From contig JAYFMW010000006.1 in assembly GCA_042408215.1 (NCBI GenBank), forward strand, positions 928,001 through 992,000: a DNA stretch of 64,000 nt. The letters run 5' to 3'. The translations under genes were made by a program, and so were the position numbers. The notes under the pieces were generated by a model. The model searched no databases. It saw only the letters and a list, made by a program, of their open reading frames with translations, and was not told the origin of the DNA. This DNA is from Microcoleus sp. GTDB lineage: Bacteria > Cyanobacteriota > Cyanobacteriia > Cyanobacteriales > Microcoleaceae. Below are positions 51,601 through 61,217 of this stretch, in pieces; the stretch's first letter is position 1, and the number at the start of each line of letters is the position of its first letter.

Positions 51601-53026
51601 ACACCAAACCCGATCGCGAATTCTCACTTCCCAAAGCCAGATCAACTTGACCTTTGCCACTAATTTTACCACCGGCAGCCGGCACTACCACAATATCGCT
51701 TAAAGTCAAAGCTAAAGATGAAAATTGTGGCATCGAGGATGGAGAATTGGGAGTTGGCGATTGAGCCATTATCCTCCGTTCTAGTTTAAAGTTAGTGCTA
51801 ATATTATTTAATTGCAGGCGATCGACTATTGTCGGTTTTGTCGAGCCGATCGCACCTGCAAGTATCGGCTGTGCAACAGTCCCCGTCAGTTGTGCATCTA
51901 CCTTCACTTCCCCCGCCACAGGAATTGGCAATACCACTTTTTGACCTAATTCTTGTTCCACGGCACTGAGAACATTTGCCACAGCCACCGGTTGCACATT
52001 TGTGACCAGATTCAACCTAGCTTGCTCCAGATTAAAATTAGATCCAGTGGCAACTGTTCCTGCTATTAACAGGGGAATTTGACCATAATTGGCAGCGAGG
52101 CGATCGACAATTAAATTAGTTCCCTGAAATCGCAACTCACCGCTGCTATTTTGTACTAACTGTTTCAGCGGATTAATCCTTGCCTGCACTCCCTGAAAAC
52201 TAGCTGTTCCCGTAATTCCCGATATTTGATTGTCTCGCAATTGCACAGTCAAATTGCCATTTGCTAAACCACTTTGCCAAGCGATGCCGGGAACTTTCAA
52301 CAAGCGAGCGAGGTCGGACAAAGGCAGGTTTTGACCTTGCACAAGCAGGTTAGTTTGAGCCGTAGGCAGCAGAGAATCAGCCTTGACTGCAAAATTGTCA
52401 TTTTGAGTAAACTGACCGTTAAGCTCGTAAAGAACCCGCTGATTTTGCTCCAAAAATTTAGCGCTGCCATTTTTGATATTTACAGAAATCGGAGCCGAAG
52501 TTTTCTGTCCGACTGCTGGATTCGGAACCAAAACAGCGGCGACATTTTCAACTCGTATAGCATCGATTTCTGTTTTAAATAAACCCGGAGGTTTCGGTGG
52601 AGCTGTTTGAAGGTTAATCCAGCGGCCTTGAGTATCCTGTTCGATATAAGCGTTGGCTTTAACTAAAGTAATATCTAATTTGAGAGTGCGATTAAACAAT
52701 AGTTGCCAGACCGAAAACTGCACTTCCACAGCTTCTGTGGAAGCATAGTCGGGATCGATCGCAGTTGCAGGTAAGTTCGATCGGCCAAATCGCAAACTCG
52801 TGGGAGAAAACCTTTCCAAACGTCCGACTTGCACAGGCCGCTTCAACAACTGACTAACTTCAGTTTCCACCAAAGGAGCTAATTTTTCGCGCACCCACGC
52901 CTGAGCCGCCACAAGCCCCATGAAAGCCAAGATTCCCAAGCCCGTACCGCTAAGCAGCAGCAGACGCCACCAGCGACGTCCGGGAGAGGGTGTGGGTTGA
53001 TTTTTGCGATCGTCCGAGTTAGTCAT
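45620..53026 (-). CDS. tamB: Translocation/assembly module TamB
   Basis: N-terminal anchor, long beta-rich body, DUF490-like C-terminus (LRSSPSRSETEIVALLGG...VEYELRF). Confidence 0.9.
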   Translation of the reverse strand: MTNSDDRKNQPTPSPGRRWWRLLLLSGTGLGILAFMGLVAAQAWVREKLAPLVETEVSQLLKRPVQVGRLERFSPTSLRFGRSNLPATAIDPDYASTEAVEVQFSVWQLLFNRTLKLDITLVKANAYIEQDTQGRWINLQTAPPKPPGLFKTEIDAIRVENVAAVLVPNPAVGQKTSAPISVNIKNGSAKFLEQNQRVLYELNGQFTQNDNFAVKADSLLPTAQTNLLVQGQNLPLSDLARLLKVPGIAWQSGLANGNLTVQLRDNQISGITGTASFQGVQARINPLKQLVQNSSGELRFQGTNLIVDRLAANYGQIPLLIAGTVATGSNFNLEQARLNLVTNVQPVAVANVLSAVEQELGQKVVLPIPVAGEVKVDAQLTGTVAQPILAGAIGSTKPTIVDRLQLNNISTNFKLERRIMAQSPTPNSPSSMPQFSSLALTLSDIVVVPAAGGKISGKGQVDLALGSENSRSGLVFDFQAENLPADAIAQVYALPIPATVKIGSVSAKAQVFGPLENIQARAQWQAPQGTFPASGEVRADRNSADLPNTIVKVGDGSVNVNAALNNRQWEAFIKGDRIAINSLQQVVPGLSLPPELAGLFSGSAEAAGTLDDLSLNAIAASGQGKLNIADSIVNVNGELESGRWQAFGKTDKVALNRLIDLGLPFLAIGNSHNSTAANLNNLKSKTQNLKSLDGQLAGQFQAAGNVDNLTASGINVSGNGQLNIADSLVNFKGELAAGNWQGIVETDRTNLSRLVDLGLPILDVASAFNTDNQQTANLNNLKAKIPNLKSIDGQLSSQFKAAGTLDNLTATGINVSGSGQLNLGAGNVNVKGELVAGNWQGIAETDRTDLRRLVDLGIPLLDVASAFNTDSPQTVANLDNLQSKIQNLKSIDGQLSSQFKSAGNLDNLTATGINVSGNGQLNIADSLVNFKGELAAGNWQGIVETDRTNLSSLVDLGLPLLDVASAFNTDNQPTANLNNLKSKIQNLKSIDGQLSSQFKAAGTLDNLTANSINATGSGQLNLGAGNVNFKGELATGNWQGIAETDRTNLSSLVDLGLPLLDVGLAWAADSPQTVANLNNLKSKIPNLKSLDGQISNQIQAAGSLDKSTIADIAVNSSGKLNIADGTVDFKGKLATGRWQVFADVDRPILSRLEQTIRDTKLFTITATLPKGFDGRINGQFQAAGSLDNLTAQGISASGEGRILANGLGAIDTTAKLENGNWQTFLETNGIPLANLEQTLKQTGLLTADLPPEIDGNLDGKIRLLGTVENLTANGITANGEGQIRLANGAGTVNAKAQAESGNWQASIAGDQIAINRFQKAFEAQRQSLQAQGLVSGAQNLPLLRGLFNGNLNLSGPIATGLGARAGLGARAGLGARAGLGARAGLGARAGTGARAGTGARAGLGARAGTGAPPLQDVRAGGSFRISELPFLKQPLEAIFNWDGKRVEVENATTPGLTANGFVNVELAGKGLPSISNLDLNVKLSNFNLEALPAEQLRFLTPIGVKKSSENNLPLRGNVDFVGRLTGNLTTINLVGDVEVQDLAVNQVAFDPVLAGTVNASSGKSVDLRLAGASDKIEIALNQSFLPTSFLVKRGESVASGQTEGETLRVNVSDFPLAALNLSPGKDAGLGQITGTVSGQVNVPGWKMPLNPATLQATGQIAIAQPAIGYIKGDSFQAEFSYGNSAATLTNGIFRQGIGQYLISGNLKAGANPEFAGKVNIQQGNLQQVLAALQYFNLGDLARGLKSPVYGTAADVQTVAVGVPEAPLIEQLQRLAEIEEILKQQQAIKESEPLPPLNQLQGTFGGEIAVAASLQTGVQAQFNVKGDNWQWGKYVAEKFSIEGGFQDGILTVLPLEIRSGKSAIGFSGQLNQKAQSGQLRVENVPVEELAKLVELPLVDVTGNLNLRANLAGTLANPQLAGELSLLDGTLNRKPIKKADGSFSYSNARLNFGGSALVTQTEPIDVTGSLPFELPFATVKADNNQIDLRANLQNEGLAIINVLTPQIAWISGKGQVQIRVGGTLERPLAEGIANFENATVRARAFPEPLTGLTGAVRFEGDRIRVEGIQGQLSEGQVVAAGVIPLSVPFAEGDVDAATPLAVNLDKLAINLRGLYRGGVVGSVQATGTALRPQLGGNIELYNGEVFLPSAGGTTQLASSPDSSPASPDSASTPPPSSSPVSIPSQFEIGLNDLRLNLGKGIRVTSAPILDFQATGGLTVNGTLDDIRPAGTIRLTSGSVNLFTTQFRLDRGYPQTATFVPAQRLDPTLDVRLATSVQEVTRFRTPGTSVASEIADEPTTFGNVRSVRIQASVRGKASQLAQSLELRSSPSRSETEIVALLGGSFVQTLGQGDSTLAIANLAGAGLFNNLQSAIINATGLSKFRLFPTRIRSNEAVTASSGSASGAGSLGLGLEVGVDITRNISASIIRILSANQPTEFNVRYRLSDKILLRGSTDFQGENRGTVEYELRF

Positions 53027-53323
53027 GCTTGTCGCTTTCAGAGCTCAGAGAAGTTAGGGATTGAGGAAACCAGCTCATGTTAAATTCGCACCTCTTAAGG
53101 TAACATCCGCTTTGACTCTGCCGAATGCCTTCTACCTTCCTGTGACTGATGACTGAGTAGCCAAGTGCCTTGGCTTTGTATAATCTCAAGACTGACACCC
53201 CTCACAGTCAGGCAGAGTCCAGAAACGTTAAGCAAACTTAATCAAAACATACACCAACGCCTACAACCAATTAAACTAGAGGCGGAACTTAAACAGGACT
53301 TGTGTAGATCAACCCCCAAGCCC

Positions 53324-53696
53324 GTCAGGAACCCCGCTCTTAAGAGACGGGGCTTGCAAGAACCACACTTCGACACAACAACTGCGTTTACCCCATCGCT
53401 TGGCGGCGCACGCTCAGCTTGGCGGCGCACGCTCGCTTAGTCGAAGTGTCGAAGTGTCGAAGGGCGAGCGTGCGTCGCATTACCCCTCTCATGGAGGCTA
53501 CCTTGGTAGCAAACCACTATGGGTACAGGGTTGTAAAATTTGAGGCGGTAACTGTCCCGCTGAAAGTGCATTACAACACTTCGGCTACGCGACCGTGACC
53601 GACCGAATTAAGCAGCCCCAAGGCGGTAGTGAAACTGTAAAGCCGTCCTAAAAGTATGGGGTTTCAACCCTCCGCTACGCTCCGCCCATTTTTTTG
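53324..53696 (+). mobile_element. Degenerate non-autonomous IS200/IS605 element (HEARO/IscB-like end)
   Basis: Starts GTCAGGAACCCCGCTCTTAAGAGACGGGGCTTG; ends AAAGCCGTCCTAAAAGTATGGGGTTTC, like the end hairpin of the tnpB elements. Confidence 0.55.
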
Positions 53697-53839
53697 TTCA
53701 AAAAGGGGACTCATGTAGATTAGGCCCCGCTCGATTTTTAATTTTTCGTGCCCTGGGTATCTCCCCCAAGTCTCCTGTGAATGATGGGTCGATCGATTCT
53801 AAGATAAAAAAACGGTCGTTAAAAAGGTCTTTAAAAGTT

Positions 53840-54208
53840 ATGCGAGTGTTCGTCTTACTCTTCAATGCCCGCACCGAGAATGAGGGAATTCATACCATTC
53901 AGCTCGGCGATCGCAACAAGGTTCTGATGTTTGAGTCAGAAGACGACGCCATCCGCTTTGGCTTGATGTTGGAAGCTCAGGATTTCCCCGAACCCACTGT
54001 CGAGGCGATCGACGATGAGGAAATTAAGGAGTTCTGCGATAGTGTCGATTATGATTGGGAACTGGTACCGGCGGGCGCGCTGGAGATTCCGCCAGAAAAG
54101 AATGTAACACAGAGAGAGTGGCAGCCGGAGGCGCAGGCAAAGCCGGATGCTGATGTCTCCCAAACCGAACTGGATTCTATTCGCCGTCGGCTCGAAGGAC
54201 TTTTGTAA
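53840..54208 (+). CDS. DUF3110 family protein
   Basis: MRVFVLLFNARTENEGIHT...FESEDDA.RF..MLEAQDF...IRRRLEGLL. Confidence 0.85.
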   Translation: MRVFVLLFNARTENEGIHTIQLGDRNKVLMFESEDDAIRFGLMLEAQDFPEPTVEAIDDEEIKEFCDSVDYDWELVPAGALEIPPEKNVTQREWQPEAQAKPDADVSQTELDSIRRRLEGLL

Positions 54209-54441
54209 GAGTCAGCAGTCATTAGTCAGCAGTCATTAGTCATTAGTTTGCAGTCAGGATTTTAGTGTTTGCAGTCAGGACGAAGAGTCCTTATTGACTA
54301 AAAGCCAAACAGAGAGGAATCTTCGTCCTCACTACAAACTAATGCCTTGATATAGAGGAATCTTCGTCCTCACTACAAACTAAGGACTGCTGACTAAGGA
54401 CTGCTGACTAATGACTACTGACTAATGACTAATAAAAAAAC

Positions 54442-55356
54442 ATGAAGAATTTGGAAGAACGGGGGCATCTGCTGACAGAACAGGTAAATGCCAATAGCGA
54501 GAATTTAGACCAACTCAATTCACTGGAATTGGTGGATTTGTTCAATCGGGAAGACGCTCAAACATTAAGCGCGATCGCCCGTGCCCGCGAGCATTTAGCC
54601 CAAACTATTGACATCGCCTCTGAATCTCTGCGTCAAGGAGGCCGCCTGTTTTACGTCGGTGCGGGTACTTCCGGGCGTTTGGGGGTGCTCGATGCGGCCG
54701 AATGTCCGCCCACCTTCTGCACGCCGCCAGAGCTCGTACAGGGCATAATTGCTGGGGGTGCGGGGGCCTTGGTGCGGAGTTCGGAGGATTTGGAGGATCG
54801 GGCCGAGGACGGGGAAAGTGCGATCGCCCACCGTCATATTACCAATCTAGATGTAGTTATCGGCATTACTGCTGGGGGTACGACGCCGTTTGTGGCGGGT
54901 GCTTTACTCTCCGCGCGCCAGCGGGGGGCGAAGACTATTTTTATGGCTTGTGTACCTGTCGAACAAGTGAGTTGTGAGGCGGATGTTGACATTCGCTTGT
55001 TAGTTGGCCCGGAGGTAGTGGCGGGTTCGACGCGCTTAAAAGCGGGTACGGTGACAAAAATGGCTTTGAATATTATTTCGACTGGGGTGATGGTGAAGCT
55101 GGGGAAGGTTTACGGAAATCGCATGGTTGATGTGGCGGTGACAAATAAGAAATTGCGCGATCGAGCCGTGAGGATGCTGCAAGATTTGACTGATTTGAAC
55201 CGGGATGAGGCGGGTTTTTTGCTCGAAAAAAGTGGCAAGTCTGTGAAGTTGGCTTTGATGATGCACTGGACTGGTTTGGACAAGGAAGAGTGCGATCGAA
55301 TTTTGGGCAAATTTCAGGGGAATTTGCGATCGGCTGTAGCATCAATTGGTCATTAG
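54442..55356 (+). CDS. murQ: N-acetylmuramic acid 6-phosphate etherase
   Basis: GAGTSGRLGVLDAAECPPTF, GPEVVAGSTRLKAGT, N.KLRDRA. Confidence 0.97.
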   Translation: MKNLEERGHLLTEQVNANSENLDQLNSLELVDLFNREDAQTLSAIARAREHLAQTIDIASESLRQGGRLFYVGAGTSGRLGVLDAAECPPTFCTPPELVQGIIAGGAGALVRSSEDLEDRAEDGESAIAHRHITNLDVVIGITAGGTTPFVAGALLSARQRGAKTIFMACVPVEQVSCEADVDIRLLVGPEVVAGSTRLKAGTVTKMALNIISTGVMVKLGKVYGNRMVDVAVTNKKLRDRAVRMLQDLTDLNRDEAGFLLEKSGKSVKLALMMHWTGLDKEECDRILGKFQGNLRSAVASIGH

Positions 55357-55406
55357 TCAGTTGATTGTTGTCAGTTGTTAGTTGTTAGTTGTTAGTTGTT
55401 AGTTGT

Positions 55407-55511
55407 TATATCGTTTACGGTTGCATCGGAATGATTTAACCACAGAGAACGCAGAGAACACAGAGGGAGAGCAGAGAGATGAATAATTCCGATGAAGAGA
55501 GGATTTGATAT
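55407..55511. mobile_element. MITE-like element (ATATCGTTT.CGGTTGCATCGGAAT family)
   Basis: Imperfect TIRs; related sequence at ~31527-31640. Confidence 0.6.
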
Positions 55512-55573
55512 TAGTAGTCAACTATCAACTATCAACTATCAACTATCAACTATCAACTATCAACTGTCAACTA

Positions 55574-56900
55574 TCAACTATCAACAAAAACAGAGGATGT
55601 AAGCTGACTTTGATTTACACCTTGGACAATTCCCAAATAATTGCCGCCCGATTTAATCGCGGTAGAAACAACGCTTGCAGTTCCATCCAATCCGAAACTC
55701 AGAGCTTCAAAAGTCAAATTAGCAAATCCGATGCCATCAGTCAAACCAATGCTATCCCCAGCCACGAAATCGGTAATCACGTCTGCATTTGTTAAAGTAG
55801 CTGAAGCAGACAAACCTCCTGCTAGAATAAACGTATCATTTCCACTACCGCCGGTCAGAATATCTTGACCGCGATCGCCCGCCAACAAATCGTCGCCGTT
55901 ACCGCCAATCAAGATATCATCTTCTTTGCCGCCACGGATAGTATCGTTACCGTCAGATCCAATCAGGCGATCGTTATCATTGTTGCCGCTGATAAAATCA
56001 TTACCAACACCGCCATCTATGGAATCGGATTCTTTACCGCCCGATAAACTGTCATTACCAGCAGCACCGTTAATTGTATCAGCACCTTGCATTCCATTAA
56101 TAATGTCAACACCATCTCCACCGGTGAGATTATCCTTGCCAGAAAGGGCAAAAATTGGCAATCCAGCAGCATTAATCGGTATCTGAGTATCCCCACTGTC
56201 AGATAGGAAATAATTGCCGCCGCTGCTTGTATTTTTAGGGGCTTGTGTTGGGCTGCCATCACCTGTAGCATTGGCGATCGGTGAAGTAATAGATGCAGAT
56301 ATGTTTGGAGTAGGTGTGGGTGTAGGAGTAGGTGTGGGTGTAGGAGTAGGCGTGGGTGTAGGAGTAGGAGTAGGTGCGGGATTGACACTACCGTCAAGAG
56401 AAGTAGCAAAAACTTGCGTCCAATAGTAATTCCAATTTACACTACCAGTATCATTGGCTAAGAAATAGTAACCAATCCCAATTTCTTTCAGATTAGGATT
56501 GAGGATATTAGCACGGTGGCCGGCACTGTTCATCCATGAGTTTACAACTGCTTCCGGTGTAGAAGAACCCGCAGCAATGTTTTCCGCCGCCGCCGAGAAT
56601 TGATAGCCAGTTGCAGTAATCCGAGTGCCGATAGAAGAACCATCTTTGCCGGTATGATCGAAGAAGTCTTGCAGTGCCATGTTTTGGCTGTGAGTTTCCG
56701 CCGCATTGGCCAACTGAGTATTTAAGGTTAATGGCTGACAAACCTAATTTGCTGCGTTCTAAATTCGTAAGTTCTAGAACTTTATCAACAAAAGCCGGAT
56801 TCGTTGCAGTTGCGGAAATTTGAGAGATAAAACGCTCTCCACTCTTCGATAACATACTGATATCGAAAGGTTGAGAATCGGAATTGATTTGTTCAAACAT
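55574..56900 (-). pseudogene. CAP(SCP)-domain protein with PT linker and RTX repeats, +1 frameshift near 56735
   Basis: VLELTNLERSKLGLS is in one frame and PLTLNTQLANAAETHS...AENIAAG..WMNSAGHRANIL in the next; GGxGND repeats follow. Confidence 0.75.
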
Positions 56901-57563
56901 GGGAGTTATAAAATTTATGAAGATGTAGGTTTCATCGTAGAATGCCGATCGCCCTAAGCACCTGTCACCCTGATTGATAGCTGGGTATTATGTTTTTTGA
57001 TGTGGGCTGACTTAACATCTACCACTGCTGTACTTATTTTAATTATAGCTGACAGCCCAACTTGGATGTCAATGGATTTTAGATTTGAGATTGAAGCATC
57101 GCATTCCACATCTTCAATTCATCTAAGTCAATCTACGGACTAGACGTGTAAATCCGATAACGATCGTAGAATATTCAACATAAAAATTAATAAATTCGCT
57201 GATTCAATTCCGTAAATATACTTAAACAACCTAAAAATTTGTTGTGGAACAGGCTTTTCGGCCTGTTCTTAAAAATGGAATCAGGAAGTTCGGCAACGGA
57301 TTCTGTAACGGATTTAACGGATTTAACGGATGTAACGGATAGATGGAATCAGCAAGTTCGGCAACGGATTCTGTAACGGATAGAAGGAAGAAGGAAGAAG
57401 GAAGAAGGAAGAAGGAAGAAGTTATTTGTTATTTGTTATTTGTTATTTGTTATTTGTTATTTGTGATGGGCTACCAATAACAAATGACCAGTTAGCAACC
57501 AGTTACCAATAATAAATAACCAATAACTAATAACCAATAACCCCATGCCCTATGCCCTATGCC

Positions 57564-58217
57564 CTATGCCCCTTTTGCTTCTAGAGCAACTTGCTCTACC
57601 TCGTCTTTGGCGAGAATTTCTAGAGTAGTCTCTGCTTCTGCACCGCCCAACCGTCTTAGAGCTTGGGCGACTCTGTAACGGATCTGCCAATCTGCGTTTC
57701 CGGCGTAGGGGATGAGCAGTGCGATCGCCCGTTTGTCTCCCAATTCCCCTAATGCACCAATGGCCATAGTTTGGATCAATTCGTTTTCAGAAGTCAGGGC
57801 ATTTTCCAAAATCGGAAATGCTTTCGGATCTCCCATTTCTCCTAAAGCTGCGACGATGCTGAGTTGAACCAGCCACTCAGATGTATTGCTGTAAACTTGT
57901 TGTAAATCTTCGAGAGCATCGGTTAATTTCAATGCGCCCAAAGCATCGGCTGCTGCTGCTTGCACGTCGGGTTCAGGGTCGTTTTTTAGGCTGTGGAGCA
58001 GTACCTCTAAAGCGTTCGATAGATTCTGTGTGCCGAGGGTTGACATTTGGCTGACTGCGGCATAACGCACGCGGACGTTTTTGTCGCCGATCGCACTTTG
58101 AATCAAATTATAGGCGATCGCCGGTTCTAGTTGGCGTAGTTGGTTGACAGCTCGCAGGCGATCGCCAAAATCCTCGGAATTCAGCAATTGTTCTACAGAT
58201 TCAGGGGTAATGCTCAT
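57564..58217 (-). CDS. nblB: HEAT-repeat phycobilisome degradation protein
   Basis: MSITPESV..LL.SEDFGDRLRAVNQLRQL; lyase-type HEAT repeats. Confidence 0.85.
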   Translation of the reverse strand: MSITPESVEQLLNSEDFGDRLRAVNQLRQLEPAIAYNLIQSAIGDKNVRVRYAAVSQMSTLGTQNLSNALEVLLHSLKNDPEPDVQAAAADALGALKLTDALEDLQQVYSNTSEWLVQLSIVAALGEMGDPKAFPILENALTSENELIQTMAIGALGELGDKRAIALLIPYAGNADWQIRYRVAQALRRLGGAEAETTLEILAKDEVEQVALEAKGA

Positions 58218-58399
58218 GGGATTTGATAATTGGTAATTGGTATAGCCGATGTTGAAGGAAGAAGGTCCTTCGACCCAACGACTGCGTTTATCCTGAGCGT
58301 AGCCGAAGGGTTCAGGGTATAAAGAAGGAACAAGGAAGAAGAAAAAGGAAGAATTGATCGGCTGACTTTCCGATTAATTTATGTTAATATAGCAGCCAA

Positions 58400-58861
58400 T
58401 TAAAACTCGGCTACCATTGCTCGGACAATATCTCCCCTAGTGAGGATACCAATTACTTTGCCAGTAGTATCAAGCACCGGCAATCGGTGGATATGGCGAT
58501 CGTGCAGAAGTTTTGCAGCTTCTTGGACTGATTTTTCTGGCGCGATGCTAACTGGATCTCGGCTCATGACTTCTCCTACTGTTTGTCCTAAAGCCTTGTG
58601 GAGTTCTTGCTCGTAACGAGATGGATTTTCCAAGTAAATCACGCTGTCGAGTACCATGATGTAAGCAGGGGGAGTCACGCCTGTTTCCCGCCACATCAAG
58701 TCGGTTTCGGAGATGATGCCGATCAACAAATCATGCTCATCTACAACGGGCAGACCGCTAATCCGCCGATCGGCTAAAATTTTAATCACTTCCTTCAGGG
58801 ACATTTCTGGTCGCGCCGTCAGGGGTTCGCGAGTCATTAAATCGGCTACTGTTTTCGGCAT
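58400..58861 (-). CDS. CBS-domain protein
   Basis: ISGLPVVD, GIISETDL, RLPVLD, GILTRGDI. Confidence 0.9.
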   Translation of the reverse strand: MPKTVADLMTREPLTARPEMSLKEVIKILADRRISGLPVVDEHDLLIGIISETDLMWRETGVTPPAYIMVLDSVIYLENPSRYEQELHKALGQTVGEVMSRDPVSIAPEKSVQEAAKLLHDRHIHRLPVLDTTGKVIGILTRGDIVRAMVAEF

Positions 58862-59001
58862 GATTGGCGTTTGATTCAATTGTCTGTCTCCATCGATCAT
58901 ATAGCCAATCTCCAATCTCCCATCTAAAATCTCAAATCTCAAATCGGTCGATCGCGCTCAAAATTGTTAAGATCTGTTAAAAACCGAACCAATCCCGATC
59001 G

Positions 59002-59328
59002 ATGCCAGAATCCGAAGCTAAAAAACAAGACTCCCAGCCAGAAGTGTGCTGTGTATTAGTTTGTCAACACCAATCTTGTCTGAAAAATGGTTCCGCAGCA
59101 GTGCTGGCTGCTTTTGAAGCCCAGCAAGTTTCAGGAGTTAATGTGGAGGGTAGCGGCTGTCAGGGACAGTGCAACATGGGGCCGACGGTGCGAGTGACGC
59201 CAGCAGAAATCTGGTATTGTCGAGTTAAACCGATCGATGTGTCTGCGATCGTGGAACAGCACCTCCAGGGGGGAAAGCCTGTAGAGGCGATGCTCAATCC
59301 CAGAATTCATATGCGTTTTTATGATTAG
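59002..59328 (+). CDS. Thioredoxin-like [2Fe-2S] ferredoxin
   Basis: VCQHQSC...GCQGQCNMGP...WY. Confidence 0.88.
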   Translation: MPESEAKKQDSQPEVCCVLVCQHQSCLKNGSAAVLAAFEAQQVSGVNVEGSGCQGQCNMGPTVRVTPAEIWYCRVKPIDVSAIVEQHLQGGKPVEAMLNPRIHMRFYD

Positions 59329-59400
59329 TCCCTGGCTGCGATCGACATTTTCTGGTAATGGGTAATGGGTAATTGGGCCTAGGGCATGGGGCCTAGGGCA

Positions 59401-59536
59401 TAGGGCGTGTTTTCAAACTTTGCACAAACCCGGAGATCCCCCTAAATCCCCCTTAAAAAGGGGGACTAAGAGGGGGTTGTTCCCCCCTTATTAAGGGGGG
59501 CTAGGGGGTATCTCCGGGGAGAGAAAACACGCCCTA
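59401..59536. mobile_element. MITE (TAGGGCGTGTTTTC TIRs) enclosing CCCCCTTAA..AGGGGG palindromes
   Basis: TIRs at 59401 and ~59523; similar cores at ~33295 and ~62265. Confidence 0.7.
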
Positions 59537-59579
59537 GGGCCTAGGGCATGATGTTTCTTTCTTCTTCCTTCTTCTATAT

Positions 59580-61064
59580 ATGTACAAGTTAAAAATCAAA
59601 GGAATTGCGGTTAGTTGGTTGGTGCTAATTCTGGGCCCGGTGCCACAGGTTGTCGCGCAAATGCCAGCGGTTTCAGGAGATATTTGTCCGGGGGAATTGG
59701 GGGCGAAGGTGGATGCGATCGCCAATCGTCCTGAATTTAGTCGATCGCGCTGGGGCATTTTGATTCAACCCCTATCTTCTACTACTACTCTCTACAGTCG
59801 TGATTCCCAAAAATACTTTATTCCGGCATCAAATGTCAAGCTGCTAACAACCGCCGCTGCTTTACAGAAACTCGGTGCTAATTTTCGGATTAGAACATCG
59901 GTTTACAGCGGTGAAAATGGTAATTTATACATTGCTGGCAGGGGCGATCCGAGTATTGCTGAGACTCAGTTAAAATCCTTGGCCTCGCAGTTGAAGCAGC
60001 GGGGAATTAATCGAGTTAACGATTTGATTGGCGATGACAGCTATTTTCAAGGCAATGCAGTTAATCCGAATTGGGAATGGGAAGATGCTCAAGCTGGCTA
60101 CGGCGCGCCCATCAATAGTTTAATTTTCAATCAAAATGCGATCGAACTAATCTTATCACCGCAGTCGATCGGGCAACCTCTCAAAGTTACTTTTGCCCAA
60201 CCAAAGCTTACAAATCAGTGGCAAATTCAGAATAATTCGGTGACAGTCGGACAAAATGAATCCGAGTTTGTGCAGGTTGGTAGGGACTTCGATCGACCCG
60301 CAATTCGAGTTAGCGGACAGTTGAAATCGGGTGCTGAGTCTGAATCAGCTTATGTAGCAGTTATCAATCCAGCTAATAATTTTTTGCAGCATTTTCAGCA
60401 AGCCCTGGCGGCGGAGGGAATTGCTGTTAAACAGGCTTTAGTTGCATCGAGTTCTCGCAATTTTACTCAGGAATTAGCAACTGTTGAATCGCCACCACTG
60501 GCGGAATTGGTGAAAGAAACTAATCGGGAAAGCAACAATGTTTATGCAGAGGTTTTATTAAGATTGTTGGGGAAAGTTACAGGCATCTTGCCTGTTTCAC
60601 AACTACAAACAGGCAAGATGCCTGTTCCACAAGAGGATACAATTGAAGTTGGTTTAAAGGAGTTAAAAACAGCTTTAACTCAATTAGGGGTAAATCCAAA
60701 TAGCTACATATTAGTTGATGGTTCTGGATTGTCTCGCCACAATTTAATTAGTCCAGAAGCCTTGGTGCAAACTTTGAGATTAATGGCGAATTCACCGACT
60801 GCATCTTTTTACCGCGCGTCTTTGGCTGTGGCTGGGGAGAGCGGTACTTTGAAAAATCGTTTTCTTACACCAAATCGAGTCATTTTGCAAGCAAAAACTG
60901 GAACTTTGAGCGGGGTTTCGGCGCTGTCGGGATATGTGGAAGTTCCGAATTATGAGCCGCTGGTGTTTAGCATTATTGTCAATCAATCGGATCTGTCTGC
61001 TCCAAAAGTGCGATCGGCGATCGACGAAATTGTGCTATTATTGAATCGGCTGCGCCGCTGTTGA
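59580..61064 (+). CDS. dacB: D-Ala-D-Ala carboxypeptidase/endopeptidase PBP4
   Basis: PASNVK, SNN, DGSGLSR and AKTG motifs. Confidence 0.93.
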   Translation: MYKLKIKGIAVSWLVLILGPVPQVVAQMPAVSGDICPGELGAKVDAIANRPEFSRSRWGILIQPLSSTTTLYSRDSQKYFIPASNVKLLTTAAALQKLGANFRIRTSVYSGENGNLYIAGRGDPSIAETQLKSLASQLKQRGINRVNDLIGDDSYFQGNAVNPNWEWEDAQAGYGAPINSLIFNQNAIELILSPQSIGQPLKVTFAQPKLTNQWQIQNNSVTVGQNESEFVQVGRDFDRPAIRVSGQLKSGAESESAYVAVINPANNFLQHFQQALAAEGIAVKQALVASSSRNFTQELATVESPPLAELVKETNRESNNVYAEVLLRLLGKVTGILPVSQLQTGKMPVPQEDTIEVGLKELKTALTQLGVNPNSYILVDGSGLSRHNLISPEALVQTLRLMANSPTASFYRASLAVAGESGTLKNRFLTPNRVILQAKTGTLSGVSALSGYVEVPNYEPLVFSIIVNQSDLSAPKVRSAIDEIVLLLNRLRRC

Positions 61065-61217
61065 AACAACTGATTTGAGCTGAGAGATTTTAGATATTAG
61101 CATCGTCGATCGGCTACAATAAAAGAAGAGAAGAGAAATTAAAACCATTGGGCAGCTTCAGTCTGCTGCCGATTTGTGGTTTCTGTATGACTAGAAGGTA
61201 AGTCTAACTTTCCAAAT

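Noticed and set aside
53165..53320. Possible sRNA upstream of tamB
   Set aside because: No confident match to 6S, Yfr or other cyanobacterial RNAs that I recognise; needs an Rfam scan
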